Shown here one piece after another: positions 36,798 to 46,294 of a stretch of 64,000 nucleotides of DNA; the stretch's first letter is position 1, and the number at the start of each line of letters is the position of its first letter. The translations under genes were made by a program, and so were the position numbers. Location of the stretch: positions 619 through 64,618 of the forward strand of contig CANPZV010000002.1 in NCBI GenBank assembly GCA_947589285.1, given 5' to 3'. Source of the DNA: an uncultured Clostridia bacterium (GTDB taxonomy: Bacteria; Bacillota; Clostridia; Christensenellales; Borkfalkiaceae). The notes beneath the pieces were generated by a model. It did not search any database and had not been told where the DNA came from. It was given only the letters and a program-made list of their open reading frames with translations.

Positions 36798-37303
36798 GAC
36801 AGGTGGAATCCCGCCGCGGCCGCAAGGGTCTCGACGGTCTCATCGATGGTGAGGCCGTTGCAGTCCACGACGATGTCGGCATACTTTTCGTAGAGGGGCA
36901 CGCGCTCCGCATGCAGGGCCTTGACCGTGTTGATCCCGCCGCGCATGACGACGCCGCGCTTCTTGAAGTTGGAGAGACGGCGTTCGGCTTCTGCCGCACT
37001 GATCTCGAGGTAGATGATCGTCCCGAGCGATTTCAGATGTTCCATCGCCTCGTCACAATAGCAGACGCTCCCGCCCGTCGCGACGACGCAGTGAGAGACG
37101 TACAGTTTGGAACAGACGCGGTTTTCGACCTGAATGAACCCCTCGGGTCCCTTCGCGTCGATGAGGTTGGAAAGGAGATCGTTCTCCTCCCCTTGGATCA
37201 TGAGATCGCAGTCCACAAAACCATAGCCGATGCGCTTGGCAAGCAAAACACCTGCGGTACTCTTGCCTGCGGAAGGCATTCCGATAAGAATGATATTATC
37301 CAT
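36794..37303 (-). CDS. aroK: Shikimate kinase
   Basis: MDNIILIGMPSAGKSTAG P-loop at the N-terminus when started at ATG 37303 (169 aa). The longer ORF start 37339 lies inside the -35 box. Confidence 0.85.
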   Translation of the reverse strand: MDNIILIGMPSAGKSTAGVLLAKRIGYGFVDCDLMIQGEENDLLSNLIDAKGPEGFIQVENRVCSKLYVSHCVVATGGSVCYCDEAMEHLKSLGTIIYLEISAAEAERRLSNFKKRGVVMRGGINTVKALHAERVPLYEKYADIVVDCNGLTIDETVETLAAAAGFHLS

Positions 37304-37310
37304 ACCAATT

Positions 37311-37339
37311 ATTATAATATCGTTTTTTTCGTTTGTCAA
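37311..37339 (-). promoter_or_regulatory. Consensus sigma-A promoter, -10 box 7 nt from aroK ATG (leaderless geometry)
   Basis: Minus strand TTGACA (37339-37334), 17-nt spacer, TATAAT (37316-37311), AATTGGT, ATG 37303. No SD. Confidence 0.6.
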
Positions 37340-37435
37340 TCTTGAGAAATTCTTTTCGGAATTTTTTCGTAAATCCTTGACTTATTTTTTTGAATGGATT
37401 ATACTTACCTTACATTTATCTATAAGGAGAGACTT

Positions 37436-37843
37436 ATGAAACGGAAAATTGCAACGATCGTTACCTCACTTGCCCTCGTGGTCGTCCTCTTGGCCACCCT
37501 CTGCGCCTGCGGCTCCACTTGGGGTTCCATCAAGGGCGCATTTGAGAAGGAAGGGTATGAAGAAGTCGATATCAGCGAGGACTTGAAGAAGCTCTATGAG
37601 AGCAACGAAGATTTCAAGGCCGCCGGGGATACCGCAACCATTCACATCATGAAGAAGAGCTTGCTTGAGGTCTCGATCATCCTTGAATTCAAGAGCAACA
37701 AAGACATGGAAGAAGCGTTGAAAAAGCATGTCACCAAGGAAGATGCGGAAAACATCTATGAGGAATTGCAAAAACTTGACACCGTAAACGGAAATTGCTT
37801 CCTCATCGTTGGCGATACAAAGATCTTCAAGGGCACAAAGTAA
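37436..37843 (+). CDS. Lipoprotein of unknown function
   Basis: MKRKIATIVTSLALVVVLLATLCAC-G lipobox. SD AAGGAGAG before ATG 37436. Confidence 0.6.
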   Translation: MKRKIATIVTSLALVVVLLATLCACGSTWGSIKGAFEKEGYEEVDISEDLKKLYESNEDFKAAGDTATIHIMKKSLLEVSIILEFKSNKDMEEALKKHVTKEDAENIYEELQKLDTVNGNCFLIVGDTKIFKGTK

Positions 37844-37858
37844 CAAAAAAATTTCCTT

Positions 37859-37887
37859 CCCTCTTCCCTCGCGGAAGAGGGTTTTTC
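37859..37887 (+). terminator. Intrinsic terminator
   Basis: Stem CCCTCTTCC/GGAAGAGGG 37859-37881, 5-nt loop, TTTTT run. Confidence 0.7.
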
Positions 37888-37925
37888 TTTCCCAAAGAAA
37901 TTTTCCAAAATCCTCTCAAAATAAG

Positions 37926-37954
37926 TTGCTTTTTCTCTTTCCCTATGGTATAAT
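37926..37954 (+). promoter_or_regulatory. Sigma-A-type promoter of secG-rnr
   Basis: TTGCTT 37926-37931, 17-nt spacer, TGgTATAAT (37946-37954). 41-nt leader with an AAGGA SD. Confidence 0.55.
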
Positions 37955-37995
37955 TTTTTACGAATTTTGTAAAAAACACATAAGGACATATAAAA

Positions 37996-38319
37996 ATGGA
38001 TGTTGTTTCTTTCATCACTGCCCTTCTTGCACCCGCAAGTTCTCACGCAGCGTATAACACATACCGCATCGTCAGTTTCGTATTTATCGCTCTGATGTTC
38101 GTCGCCGCGGTCGCCGCGATCATCCTCGTCATGCTTACGCCCGGGAATTCCAACGGCATCGACGCACTCGGCGGCACGAGCGAGACCTTTTACGGCAAGA
38201 ACAAGGGCAAGTCCACCGAAGCCAAGCTGAAACTTTGGACCTACATCTGTTTGGGTGTGCTTGCGGTCCTCTCGATCGTGTTCTTTATCCTGCAGATCGA
38301 CGGCATCTGGACTGTTTAA
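37996..38319 (+). CDS. secG: Preprotein translocase subunit SecG
   Basis: Two TM segments flanking GIDALGGTSETFYGKNKG (Gly-rich SecG loop). Conserved secG-rnr-smpB order. The N-terminus is about 20 aa longer than usual. Confidence 0.65.
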   Translation: MDVVSFITALLAPASSHAAYNTYRIVSFVFIALMFVAAVAAIILVMLTPGNSNGIDALGGTSETFYGKNKGKSTEAKLKLWTYICLGVLAVLSIVFFILQIDGIWTV

Positions 38320-38381
38320 CGGAAAAATGAACGAAGGGCGGCTCTCGGGTCGCCCTATTTGTTTGCATCAAAGGAGATAAT

Positions 38382-40463
38382 TTGGAAGTCAAGCAAGTAT
38401 TGCTCGCAAAGATCAAGGACGGTTCCTTCGCCCTCAATACCGCCGAGACGATCGCAAGGAAACTTCGCCTCGGCAAAAAGGAAGCCTTTGCCCTCAAGGA
38501 TATGCTCTGGTCGCTCGTCAGGAGCGGCGAATTGCTCTGTGACAGCGGCGGGCGGTTCGGGACCGCGGCGCAGTTCGGCGCGAAGCGCGGAAAGATCGTC
38601 GGCCATGAGCGCGGTTTTGCCTTTTTTGAGCCTGACGACGGTTCGGGTGACCTCTTCCTTCCCCGCAGGGCGCAGAAAAACGCCCTGCACGGCGATGACG
38701 TCCTCTGCATCTGCGTGGGCGGCCGAAGCGGCGACGAGGGTGAAGTCCTCGCCGTCCTGCAACGGGGCGTCAGGGAAGTCGTCGGCACCTATCACTACGA
38801 AAAACAGGGCGGGTACGTCTCGTCCGATGATACGCGCTATTCGGAGGCCGTCTTTATCCCGCGGAGCGGGGTGAACGGCTCCCGCAACGGGGATAAAGTC
38901 GTCGCAAAGATCAAGTCGTACGACGGCAGACAGCCGATCGGCGAGATAAGTGAGATCTTGGGCAGGGGCGGCGACCTCTTTACCGAGGAGCTTTCGCTCA
39001 TCCGCGCCCGCTCGCTCAGGGAGGAATTTCCCGAGGAGGTCCTGCGCGAGGGGGAACGTCAGGCGGCGAGGGACCCCTCTCTCTCCGCACAGGGACGGGC
39101 AGACCTCAGGCAAAAACTCATCATCACCGTTGACGGCGAGGACACGCGGGACATCGACGACGCGATCTCCGTCGAAAGGGCGGGTTCGCTCTATCACTTG
39201 GGCGTACACATCGCCGATGTATCGCACTACGTCAAATTGGGCGGCGTGATCGATGCGGAAGCGTTTGCACGGGGAACGAGCGTCTATTTCCCCGACCGCG
39301 TACTTCCCATGCTCCCCCCCTCCCTCTCCAATGACATCTGCTCTCTGAACGAGGGCGTCGCCCGCCTCACCCTCTCCTGCCTCATGACGGTGAACGCCCG
39401 CGGCGAGGTGACCGAGAGGAAGATCGTCCCCTCGATCATCTGCTCCCGCCACAGAATGACCTATACGGAAGTCACGGCCATTGCAAACGGCGAGAAAGCC
39501 GCCGTGAGGAAGTTCCCCGACCTTGTCGGGTTCGTCAAGACGGCCGTCGAACTTACGAGGATCCTCATGGCCGCGCGAAAGAGGCGGGGCGGGATCGACA
39601 TGGACGTGAAGGAAGTGAAGATCGGATATGAAAACGGGAAGATAAGCATTCCCGACAACGAACGGACGATCTCCCACGACATGATCGAGCAATTTATGAT
39701 CCTCGCCAACGAATCCGTCGCCGAGATCATGACGGAGAAGGGCGTCCCCTTCGTCTACCGCGTGCATGAGAAGCCCTCGGAGGACAAGGCTGCCTCCTTT
39801 CAGGAATTTTTGAAACAGATCGGCGTCGCGGCGAGGTTCGATCCCTCCAACGTGGCACCGTCCGACTATCAGAGACTTCTGCAAACGCTGGACGGTTCCC
39901 CCCTCGGCTCCGTAGTGAACCGCGTCATGCTTCGCTCCATGATGAAGGCCGTCTATTCCCCCGAGAACATCGGGCACTTCGGCCTCGCGTCGAAGTGTTA
40001 CTGCCACTTCACCTCCCCCATCCGCCGCTATCCCGACCTCTGTATCCACCGCATCATCAAGGATGCCTTGACGGACGGATCCCTTGCCCGCGGGAAGTAC
40101 GGAAGCATCGTCAAGGAGGCGGCAACAAGGTCCTCCGCCTGCGAAAAGAACGCTACGGAGGCAGAAAGGGACGTGGACGACCTCTACATCGCCTTCTACA
40201 TGAAGGACAAGATCGGGGAGGAGTATGAGGCGACCGTCTCGGGCGTCACCTCCTTCGGCCTCTTCGCCGAACTCTCAAATTCCGTCGAGGGCCTCATTCC
40301 CGTCGAGACGCTTCCTGATGACAGCTATGAATTCCTCGAGGACAGATTTCTGCTCCGCGGAATGCGGAATTCCTTCCGTCTCGGGCAGAGGATCCTCATC
40401 AAGGTCGTCGGCGTCGATCTCGGCGCAAGGCGCGTCCTTTTCGCGCTGCAACGCACCCTTTGA
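38382..40463 (+). CDS. rnr: Ribonuclease R
   Basis: 693 aa, RNB domain (TVDGEDTRDIDDAISV, HFGL...YCHFTSPIRRYPD), C-terminal S1 domain. Confidence 0.95.
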   Translation: MEVKQVLLAKIKDGSFALNTAETIARKLRLGKKEAFALKDMLWSLVRSGELLCDSGGRFGTAAQFGAKRGKIVGHERGFAFFEPDDGSGDLFLPRRAQKNALHGDDVLCICVGGRSGDEGEVLAVLQRGVREVVGTYHYEKQGGYVSSDDTRYSEAVFIPRSGVNGSRNGDKVVAKIKSYDGRQPIGEISEILGRGGDLFTEELSLIRARSLREEFPEEVLREGERQAARDPSLSAQGRADLRQKLIITVDGEDTRDIDDAISVERAGSLYHLGVHIADVSHYVKLGGVIDAEAFARGTSVYFPDRVLPMLPPSLSNDICSLNEGVARLTLSCLMTVNARGEVTERKIVPSIICSRHRMTYTEVTAIANGEKAAVRKFPDLVGFVKTAVELTRILMAARKRRGGIDMDVKEVKIGYENGKISIPDNERTISHDMIEQFMILANESVAEIMTEKGVPFVYRVHEKPSEDKAASFQEFLKQIGVAARFDPSNVAPSDYQRLLQTLDGSPLGSVVNRVMLRSMMKAVYSPENIGHFGLASKCYCHFTSPIRRYPDLCIHRIIKDALTDGSLARGKYGSIVKEAATRSSACEKNATEAERDVDDLYIAFYMKDKIGEEYEATVSGVTSFGLFAELSNSVEGLIPVETLPDDSYEFLEDRFLLRGMRNSFRLGQRILIKVVGVDLGARRVLFALQRTL

Positions 40464-40488
40464 CAAACGCGCAAGGGTATGCTAAACT
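40460..40488 (+). promoter_or_regulatory. Sigma-A-type promoter, -10 box 6 nt from smpB ATG 40495 (leaderless geometry)
   Basis: TTGACA 40460-40465 (overlaps the rnr stop), 17-nt spacer, TGcTAAACT (40480-40488), ATGGGT, ATG 40495. Confidence 0.45.
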
Positions 40489-40494
40489 ATGGGT

Positions 40495-40938
40495 ATGAAG
40501 ATCATTGCAGTCAACAAATCGGCCTCGTTTGAATACTTCATCGGGGACAAATATGAAGCGGGCATCGTCCTCGAGGGCGCGGAGGTGAAGTCGCTCCGCG
40601 CAGGGCACGCCTCCCTCGGGGAGTGCTTTTGCGAGATCCGCGGCGGCGAGGTCTTTCTGAAAAACATGCACATCGCCCTCTATGACAAAAGCGGCGCGTT
40701 TTCGACGCGCGATTCGAGGAAGGAGCGGAAACTCCTCCTCCACCGCGTCGAGATCTCCAAGATCGTCGGCAAGGTCAATGAGAGAGGCTATACCCTCGTC
40801 CCCTTGAAGATCTATTTTAAGGACGCGCTCGTCAAGGTGGAGATCGCCCTCTGCAAGGGCAAACACACCTACGACAAAAAGCAGGCCATCAAGGAGCGCG
40901 ACCAAAAACGCGCCATGGACCGTGAAGCAAAGGTATAG
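40495..40938 (+). CDS. smpB: SsrA-binding protein SmpB
   Basis: MKIIAVNKSASFEYFI...GIVLEGAEVKSLR signature. An alternative ATG at 40489 adds Met-Gly. Confidence 0.9.
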   Translation: MKIIAVNKSASFEYFIGDKYEAGIVLEGAEVKSLRAGHASLGECFCEIRGGEVFLKNMHIALYDKSGAFSTRDSRKERKLLLHRVEISKIVGKVNERGYTLVPLKIYFKDALVKVEIALCKGKHTYDKKQAIKERDQKRAMDREAKV

Positions 40939-40940
40939 GA

Positions 40941-40968
40941 AAACCCCGCCGAAGCGGGGTTTTCTTTC
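40941..40968. terminator. Bidirectional intrinsic terminator (smpB / tRNA-Val)
   Basis: Stem CCCCGC/GCGGGG 40944-40959 with CGAA loop, A-run before and TTTTC after. Confidence 0.7.
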
Positions 40969-41047
40969 TGCTTTTATCAGAAAAAGGGCAAAACGAAACC
41001 CCATATATCGGCACTAAAAAAATAACGGCACAATATACAGGGTCTGA

Positions 41048-41124
<77 letters not shown>

Positions 41125-41139
41125 GTGCATAACGTTATT

Positions 41140-41168
41140 ATTTTACACGATGCCTGACGTCTTGTCAA
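41140..41168 (-). promoter_or_regulatory. Sigma-A-type promoter of tRNA-Val
   Basis: Minus strand TTGACA (41168-41163), 17-nt spacer, TAAAAT (41145-41140), 15 nt before the tRNA 5' end. Confidence 0.6.
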
Positions 41169-41224
41169 GCATTTTTTTTGATTTTTGAGCTTTTTGGGAA
41201 ATTTTTTGTCGGAAAATTTTTCCG

Positions 41225-41797
41225 TCATTTCTTGATGATCCTCAGAGCATTGCGAAGGCGGCCGATCTCCTCTTCGGAAACCCCCTCTTTGGGCACGGGA
41301 AACACAGTTGCGGACGTGGGATAGAGCAGAAAGTATTTTCTGCTCTCCTTGATCTTAACAAAGTCAACGAAGTACGCCTTCGACGCACCCAGCCGCTCGC
41401 CATGGCGGATCGATTCCACGCTCACATAGTCCTCAAAGAAAGAATACTCGTTCATCTGGCTGACATGATCGGCATTTTTGATGTTCTTCTTTGCGGAAAG
41501 GAGGAAAACGATCCCCGAGCCGAACAGGATGGCCCCGACAAACAGCATGAGATACAGCACGCCCGTGGGAAAATTCAAAACGGCCTCTCCGCACAGCACA
41601 TACAAAACGATATAGGCGAGAAGCAAAGGGATCCCGACGGCAAGGCCGATGCGGGAAAAGATCAAAAGCGGCTTCATTATTTCCCTCTGCACGGTCCCGT
41701 CGATCATACAGCTTACCACGAGAAAAGGCTTCTCCTCGGCCTTGAATTCTTCGATTTGCCCGATTTCCGAGTTGTTTTCCTCAATTATGTCTGACAT
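41225..41797 (-). CDS. Membrane protein, YcxB-like (unknown function)
   Basis: 190 aa, two central TM helices, C-terminal YcxB-like region. The start codon ATG 41797-41795 lies inside motif copy 6 (MSDIIEE...). Confidence 0.5.
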   Translation of the reverse strand: MSDIIEENNSEIGQIEEFKAEEKPFLVVSCMIDGTVQREIMKPLLIFSRIGLAVGIPLLLAYIVLYVLCGEAVLNFPTGVLYLMLFVGAILFGSGIVFLLSAKKNIKNADHVSQMNEYSFFEDYVSVESIRHGERLGASKAYFVDFVKIKESRKYFLLYPTSATVFPVPKEGVSEEEIGRLRNALRIIKK

Positions 41798-41811
41798 ATT
41801 ACTATGTAAAC
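41784..41811 (+). repeat. Dispersed dual-palindrome motif, copy 6 of 8
   Basis: attatgtctgacatattactatgtaaac, 1 core mismatch. 21 nt after the gpsA stop. Supplies the ATG-TCA-GAC-ATA start of the next ORF. Confidence 0.9.
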
Positions 41812-41827
41812 TCCAATTTTCTTGATT

Positions 41828-42802
41828 TTATTCGTACATTTCGTCCTTTGTGCTACGGGCAAAGAGCCTGCCGATCTCCTCGCGGCAACGCTTCTCGTCG
41901 TCGCCGCTCCCATAGCAGACGTTGTAGACCGCCTCCGTAATGGGAAGTTCGACGTTGTATTTTTTCCCGAGGAAGCACATCGCCTTGCTCGTCGCGACGC
42001 CCTCGGCAAGTTTATCGTACCTCTGCCCCCTTGCGAGCATCTCGCCGTACATTCTGTTGTGGGAATATTGGGAAAAGAGCGTCGTCTCGTAGTCGCCGAG
42101 GTGCGCAAGCCCGTAGGCGGAGAGTTCGTTGCCCCCCATCGCCTTGATGAGGCGGGCGACTTCGCGCGCCCCTCTCGACATCAGCGGCCCCTTGAGCGGA
42201 ACGCAGATGACGTCAAGTGCGCCCGCCGCAATGCCCATCACGTTCTTTGCCGCCGCGCCGATCTCCGTTCCGATGAGGTCGTTCCCGTAGTAGAAGCGGA
42301 TGAGGTCGCTCTTGAAGGAATGCACGAGTTCCCGCTTGAGCGTCTCGTTCTCGGAATCAATGACCATGCAGTTCGGGATCCCCTGCACAAAGCTCTGAAT
42401 GTGCCCCGGGCCGACCCACACGGCGATCTTTTGGGGGGAAATTCCGCTCTCGGTCATGATCTCGGAGAGGCGTTTCCCCGTGCCCGTCTCGATCCCCTTC
42501 ATGCAGAGGACAAAGATCTTATCCGAGACGTCATATTTCGTCACCCGCTCCATGAAGCCGCGAAGCCCCTGCGAGGAAATGGAGATGACGATGAGTTCGG
42601 CCCGCTCCACCGCCTCCCGAAGGTCGCAGGTGAGCGTGATGTTCGGGTCCAAGGTCACATACTCGTTCTTGCCCGTCTCTTTCAGGATCCGATAGGAGAT
42701 ATCCTCCTCAGGACCCCAGCTATAGACCTCGTTGCCGCGGCGGGACAGGTACCAGGCGATGAATGAACCCCACCTTCCGCAGCCTAAAACACTGATTTTC
42801 AT
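41828..42802 (-). CDS. gpsA: NAD(P)H-dependent glycerol-3-phosphate dehydrogenase
   Basis: MKISVLGCGRWGSFIAWYL Rossmann N-terminus from internal ATG 42802. GAAKNVMGIAAG motif. Confidence 0.9.
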   Translation of the reverse strand: MKISVLGCGRWGSFIAWYLSRRGNEVYSWGPEEDISYRILKETGKNEYVTLDPNITLTCDLREAVERAELIVISISSQGLRGFMERVTKYDVSDKIFVLCMKGIETGTGKRLSEIMTESGISPQKIAVWVGPGHIQSFVQGIPNCMVIDSENETLKRELVHSFKSDLIRFYYGNDLIGTEIGAAAKNVMGIAAGALDVICVPLKGPLMSRGAREVARLIKAMGGNELSAYGLAHLGDYETTLFSQYSHNRMYGEMLARGQRYDKLAEGVATSKAMCFLGKKYNVELPITEAVYNVCYGSGDDEKRCREEIGRLFARSTKDEMYE

Positions 42803-42812
42803 AAAATAATCC

Positions 42813-43406
42813 CTATATTTCCTTTCTCTCGATGAGAGCGCGGGCAAGCGTCACGTCGTCCGCGTATTCGATTTCGCTCCCGATTGCGATGCCTCTTGCA
42901 AGGCGCGTCACCTTCACGCCGAGGGGTTTGAGAAGTTTCGCGATATACATCGCCGTTGCCTCGCCCTCGACGTCGGGATTGGTCGCCATGATGACCTCCT
43001 GCACGTTGCCGTCATGCACTCTCTGCAGAAGTTCGCGGATGCGGATATCGTTCGGAGTGACGCCGTTCATCGGGTCGATGACGCCGTGCAAAACGTGATA
43101 AACGCCCTTATATTCGTGCAGTTTTTCGAGGGCGATGACGTCCTTCGGCTCCTTGACGACGCAGATCGTCCCGCCGTCGCGACGCTTGCAGATCTCGCAG
43201 ACGTCCTCCTCCGTAAAGTTCCCGCAGATCTTACAAAAATGTACCCGCTCCTTGACGCCGATGATCGCCGCGGCGAACTCCTGCGCCTCCGCATTCGTCA
43301 TGTTGATGACACGGTAGGCATATCTCTGCGCCGTCTTTTTGCCGACGCCGGGGAGCTTGGAGAATTCATTCATCAGCCGCCCGATGGGTTCGATAAAGAC
43401 TTCCAC
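42813..43406 (-). CDS. recR: Recombination protein RecR
   Basis: [14 protein letters not shown] HhH, C4 zinc finger [16 protein letters not shown], Toprim domain. GTG start 43406 with GGGAGGG SD, 1 nt after the ybaB stop. Confidence 0.9.
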   Translation of the reverse strand: MEVFIEPIGRLMNEFSKLPGVGKKTAQRYAYRVINMTNAEAQEFAAAIIGVKERVHFCKICGNFTEEDVCEICKRRDGGTICVVKEPKDVIALEKLHEYKGVYHVLHGVIDPMNGVTPNDIRIRELLQRVHDGNVQEVIMATNPDVEGEATAMYIAKLLKPLGVKVTRLARGIAIGSEIEYADDVTLARALIERKEI

Positions 43407-43407
43407 C

Positions 43408-43755
43408 TCAGAAAAGCCCTCCCAAATTCCCGCCTGCCGCGCCGAACTTTGCCATCTTCTCCTGATAAACGGCGTCCGCCTTCTTGTAACCATCCAAAAT
43501 GGCGGCAAGGACAAGATCTTCAAGCATCTCGCTGTCCTCGGGGTCGATGACAGATTTGTCGATCTCGATGCCGTCAATGATCTTCTTGGCATTCATGTAC
43601 ACGACGACGGCCTCGCCGCCCGCCGTGCCGACGATCTCCCACTCGTCGAGGAGTTTTTCAGTCTCCTGCATCTCTTCCTGCATCTTTTGGGCCTGCTTCA
43701 TGAGATTCTGCATGCCGCCCATGCCTCCCATTCCGCCGCCTCTGCCGTATGCCAT
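43408..43755 (-). CDS. ybaB: Nucleoid-associated protein YbaB/EbfC
   Basis: 115 aa, [16 protein letters not shown]...[15 protein letters not shown] pattern. dnaX-ybaB-recR order. Confidence 0.9.
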   Translation of the reverse strand: MAYGRGGGMGGMGGMQNLMKQAQKMQEEMQETEKLLDEWEIVGTAGGEAVVVYMNAKKIIDGIEIDKSVIDPEDSEMLEDLVLAAILDGYKKADAVYQEKMAKFGAAGGNLGGLF

Positions 43756-43769
43756 ATTTGTTTCCTCCT

Positions 43770-45539
43770 TTATTTCAGCTCTATCGGATAATCTTTGAAA
43801 TCCCGTTTCAGTTGTTCAATGCCGCCGTCCTCCGCGGGCTGCCCCTTCTTCCTGACCTCGAACTCGGAAATGCCGATCTGCGAAAGGGCCTGCCCCAATG
43901 CCGCGGTGTGTTCTTCCCGCTTCAGGGAGCGGAAAACGGTCTCGTTATCGGTGAAGAGGACGAACAGACTGCCCTCGAATTCCGCTTCGAGATCGGAGCA
44001 GATGGTGACGAGGACCCCGTTGCGGCAGGTCTTGCGGAGCGTCCGCATAAACATTCCGAACGCCGTCATCGCGTCCTTCGGCACCCCTATAACGGGTGCG
44101 GCCGCCAGCGCGGGCGAAGCGGGCGTCGCTGCGGGCGGTTCCCTCCGCTCTGCCGTTCTCGGTGCCTCTGCGGTCTCCCGATCCGGGGATGCGTCCGGCC
44201 CGTCCGAAAAATAGGCCTCCTCAAACATCGGCTCCTCGGGCGGGGGCGGAAGAAGATCTCCGTCCTCCGTTTGGGGCTTCGGCTCGGGCGCGGGTTCGGA
44301 TGCGGGTCCCGATACGGGTTCGGGCGTCTTTATGGCTCCGAGCGCGGGCGTCTTTGTCGGCGCGGGCGTCGATAAGACGGGGACCCCCGTCTGTTTCAAC
44401 GCGTTCAGCTCCTTTTCGAGCGCGTTCATGCGGACGAGGAGCGCGTCGATGTCGTAGTCCTGCGACGGCGTTGCGATGCGCACGATCGCCGTCTCCAAGA
44501 CGATACGGGGCGAAGCAGTGTAGCGGAGTTCATTCTCCGTCTTTGCCAAGATCTCCGTCGCCCGCAAGATCGCCTTGCCGTCGGCCCCGTCCGCGAGTGC
44601 TTTGACCTCCTTGAAGAGTTCACGGGGCAGGGAGAGAAGTTTTTCCGCCGAAGCGCAGGTTTTGGCGACCAAGACCTGATTCAAAAGCTCCAACACGTTT
44701 CTCACGAGGACGCCCACGGCCTTACCCTCGGAGAGGATGCTCTCCGTCCGCCCGACTGCGTCCGCCGCGTCGGCTTTGAGCAGGGCGGACACCAGCCCGC
44801 AGGTGACATGGAAGTCCGCCGCGCCGAGGACAGCCGTAACGCCGTCATAGGTGAGTGCGTCCGAATAGGCGATGCACATCTCGGCGATGGAGAGCATGTC
44901 CCTGTCGCTCCCCGCGCCGGCGCGGGCAATGGCGGAGACGGCCTCCCTCTCGTACTTTTTGCCGATCCCGTCGAGAATGCGCATCAGATGCTTTTCGAGG
45001 TCCTCCTCGGGAATGAGCTTGAAATCCAGCCGCATACAGCGGGAGAGAATGGTCGCGGGGAGTTTTTGCGGCTCCGTCGTCGCGAGAATGAACACTGCGT
45101 GCGCGGGCGGTTCCTCGAGCGTTTTCAGTAGCGCGTTGAAGGCACTGTCCGTCAGCATGTGAACTTCGTCGATGATGTAAACTTTATATTTGCCGTTGAC
45201 GGGCGGATATTGGACCTTCTCGCGGAGGTCGCGCATCTGATCCACCCCGTTGTTGGAGGCGGCGTCGATCTCCGTGACGTCGAGCGAGCCGTCGCGCAGG
45301 GCAAGGCAAGTCGGGCACTTCCCGCAGGGCGAACCGTTGACGGGAGCCTCGCAGTTGATCGCGCGCGCAAAGATGCGGGCGACGGTCGTCTTGCCCGTCC
45401 CGCGCGGCCCCGTAAAGAGATAGGCGTGGCCGACCGACCCGCTCTCTATCTGATTTTTGAGGATGCGAACGACATGTTCCTGCCGCACCATCTCATCGAA
45501 TGATTGCGGACGGAATTTCCGATACAGCGAAAGGTGCAT
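43770..45539 (-). CDS. dnaX: DNA polymerase III subunit gamma/tau
   Basis: YRKFRPQSFDEMVRQEHV..., Walker A GPRGTGKTT, zinc module CGKCPTC, DEVHML. Confidence 0.95.
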   Translation of the reverse strand: MHLSLYRKFRPQSFDEMVRQEHVVRILKNQIESGSVGHAYLFTGPRGTGKTTVARIFARAINCEAPVNGSPCGKCPTCLALRDGSLDVTEIDAASNNGVDQMRDLREKVQYPPVNGKYKVYIIDEVHMLTDSAFNALLKTLEEPPAHAVFILATTEPQKLPATILSRCMRLDFKLIPEEDLEKHLMRILDGIGKKYEREAVSAIARAGAGSDRDMLSIAEMCIAYSDALTYDGVTAVLGAADFHVTCGLVSALLKADAADAVGRTESILSEGKAVGVLVRNVLELLNQVLVAKTCASAEKLLSLPRELFKEVKALADGADGKAILRATEILAKTENELRYTASPRIVLETAIVRIATPSQDYDIDALLVRMNALEKELNALKQTGVPVLSTPAPTKTPALGAIKTPEPVSGPASEPAPEPKPQTEDGDLLPPPPEEPMFEEAYFSDGPDASPDRETAEAPRTAERREPPAATPASPALAAAPVIGVPKDAMTAFGMFMRTLRKTCRNGVLVTICSDLEAEFEGSLFVLFTDNETVFRSLKREEHTAALGQALSQIGISEFEVRKKGQPAEDGGIEQLKRDFKDYPIELK

Positions 45540-45551
45540 TCCTTTTCCTCC

Positions 45552-46259
45552 TTATAGGGCAAAAAAACCGACTTTCTTTTTTGGGGGAATGACGCGGCGG
45601 TTGACGGCATAGGTCAACGCGAGCCATAGCCCGAGCAGAATGAATACAACGGAATAGTAGAGCATGTAGTACCACCATGTCAGCGGGACCGATGGTGCGC
45701 CGATGAGGATCACGGTCCCGTCGATGATCTTTGAAAAGACGGCGTTCCCCTCTGCAACGCCCTTTGCCACACAGACCTCTATGTAGGCGATCATTGCCGC
45801 CAAAGAGAGTGCCGTCCAGAGGAGATCCGTCTTTTTGAAGGAGACGTGCCCCATCATCGCAAGTCCGCCGAAAAAGAGCAGGGAATGGTTGGTGATCGTC
45901 CAGAGGACCGTCGTGATCTCGGGGTCCCTCGCACAGAACACCTGCGGAAGGGAGAGAAAGACAAGCCCGTAGATCACCCCGCAGAGTGCCGAAAACTGCG
46001 CCGCGACAACTTTGAGCGGACGGATCGGCACGAACAGGCAGACGCTGTACAGGCAGTAGCAGATCGCACTGATGTCCAGCGGCAGGGTGTGCGACGTGAA
46101 GAAGCGTACAAATTTGAACACGAAAAACCAGAGCGCGACGCCATAGACGGCGAGGTAGGAAACGACCCTGTTCTTATACGTCGCATAGGCCGCAAACAGT
46201 GCAAAGCATAAGAGGACAAATTGTATGGCCTGAATGTAAAAATAGTAGTTCGCTGACAT
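45552..46259 (-). CDS. Polytopic membrane protein, unknown function
   Basis: 235 aa with about 7 predicted TM helices and no recognisable catalytic motif. Confidence 0.5.
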   Translation of the reverse strand: MSANYYFYIQAIQFVLLCFALFAAYATYKNRVVSYLAVYGVALWFFVFKFVRFFTSHTLPLDISAICYCLYSVCLFVPIRPLKVVAAQFSALCGVIYGLVFLSLPQVFCARDPEITTVLWTITNHSLLFFGGLAMMGHVSFKKTDLLWTALSLAAMIAYIEVCVAKGVAEGNAVFSKIIDGTVILIGAPSVPLTWWYYMLYYSVVFILLGLWLALTYAVNRRVIPPKKKVGFFAL

Positions 46260-46294
46260 GATTTATCTCATTCTCTTTGTCCGAAGCGGGTAGA

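Noticed and set aside
38355-40049. 564-aa ORF antisense to rnr. Similar long antisense ORFs occur at 4242..5855, 13850..14887, 30407..31960, 47944..48843, 49337..50680 and 52880..53443.
   Set aside because: Each lies opposite a gene with clear family motifs. Their sequences are Arg/Gly/Asp/Pro-rich and low in complexity, as expected for stop-poor antisense frames in GC-rich DNA. None has an SD, promoter or recognisable domain.
40939-41047. Expected tmRNA (ssrA) downstream of smpB.
   Set aside because: Only about 100 nt separate the smpB terminator from tRNA-Val. No tRNA-like acceptor/T-arm pair or tag reading frame is visible, so ssrA must be elsewhere.
41795-41811. Resemblance of ACTATGTAAACT in motif copy 6 to the XerD arm of Firmicute dif sites (TTATGTAAACT).
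   Set aside because: There is no matching XerC arm or 6-bp central-region architecture. The other seven copies differ in this tail. dif is single-copy, whereas this motif is dispersed.
45540-46294. Expected SRP RNA (ffs) upstream of dnaX, as in Bacillus.
   Set aside because: The position is occupied by a 235-aa membrane-protein ORF. The remaining spacers (12 nt and 35 nt) are too short for an RNA gene.
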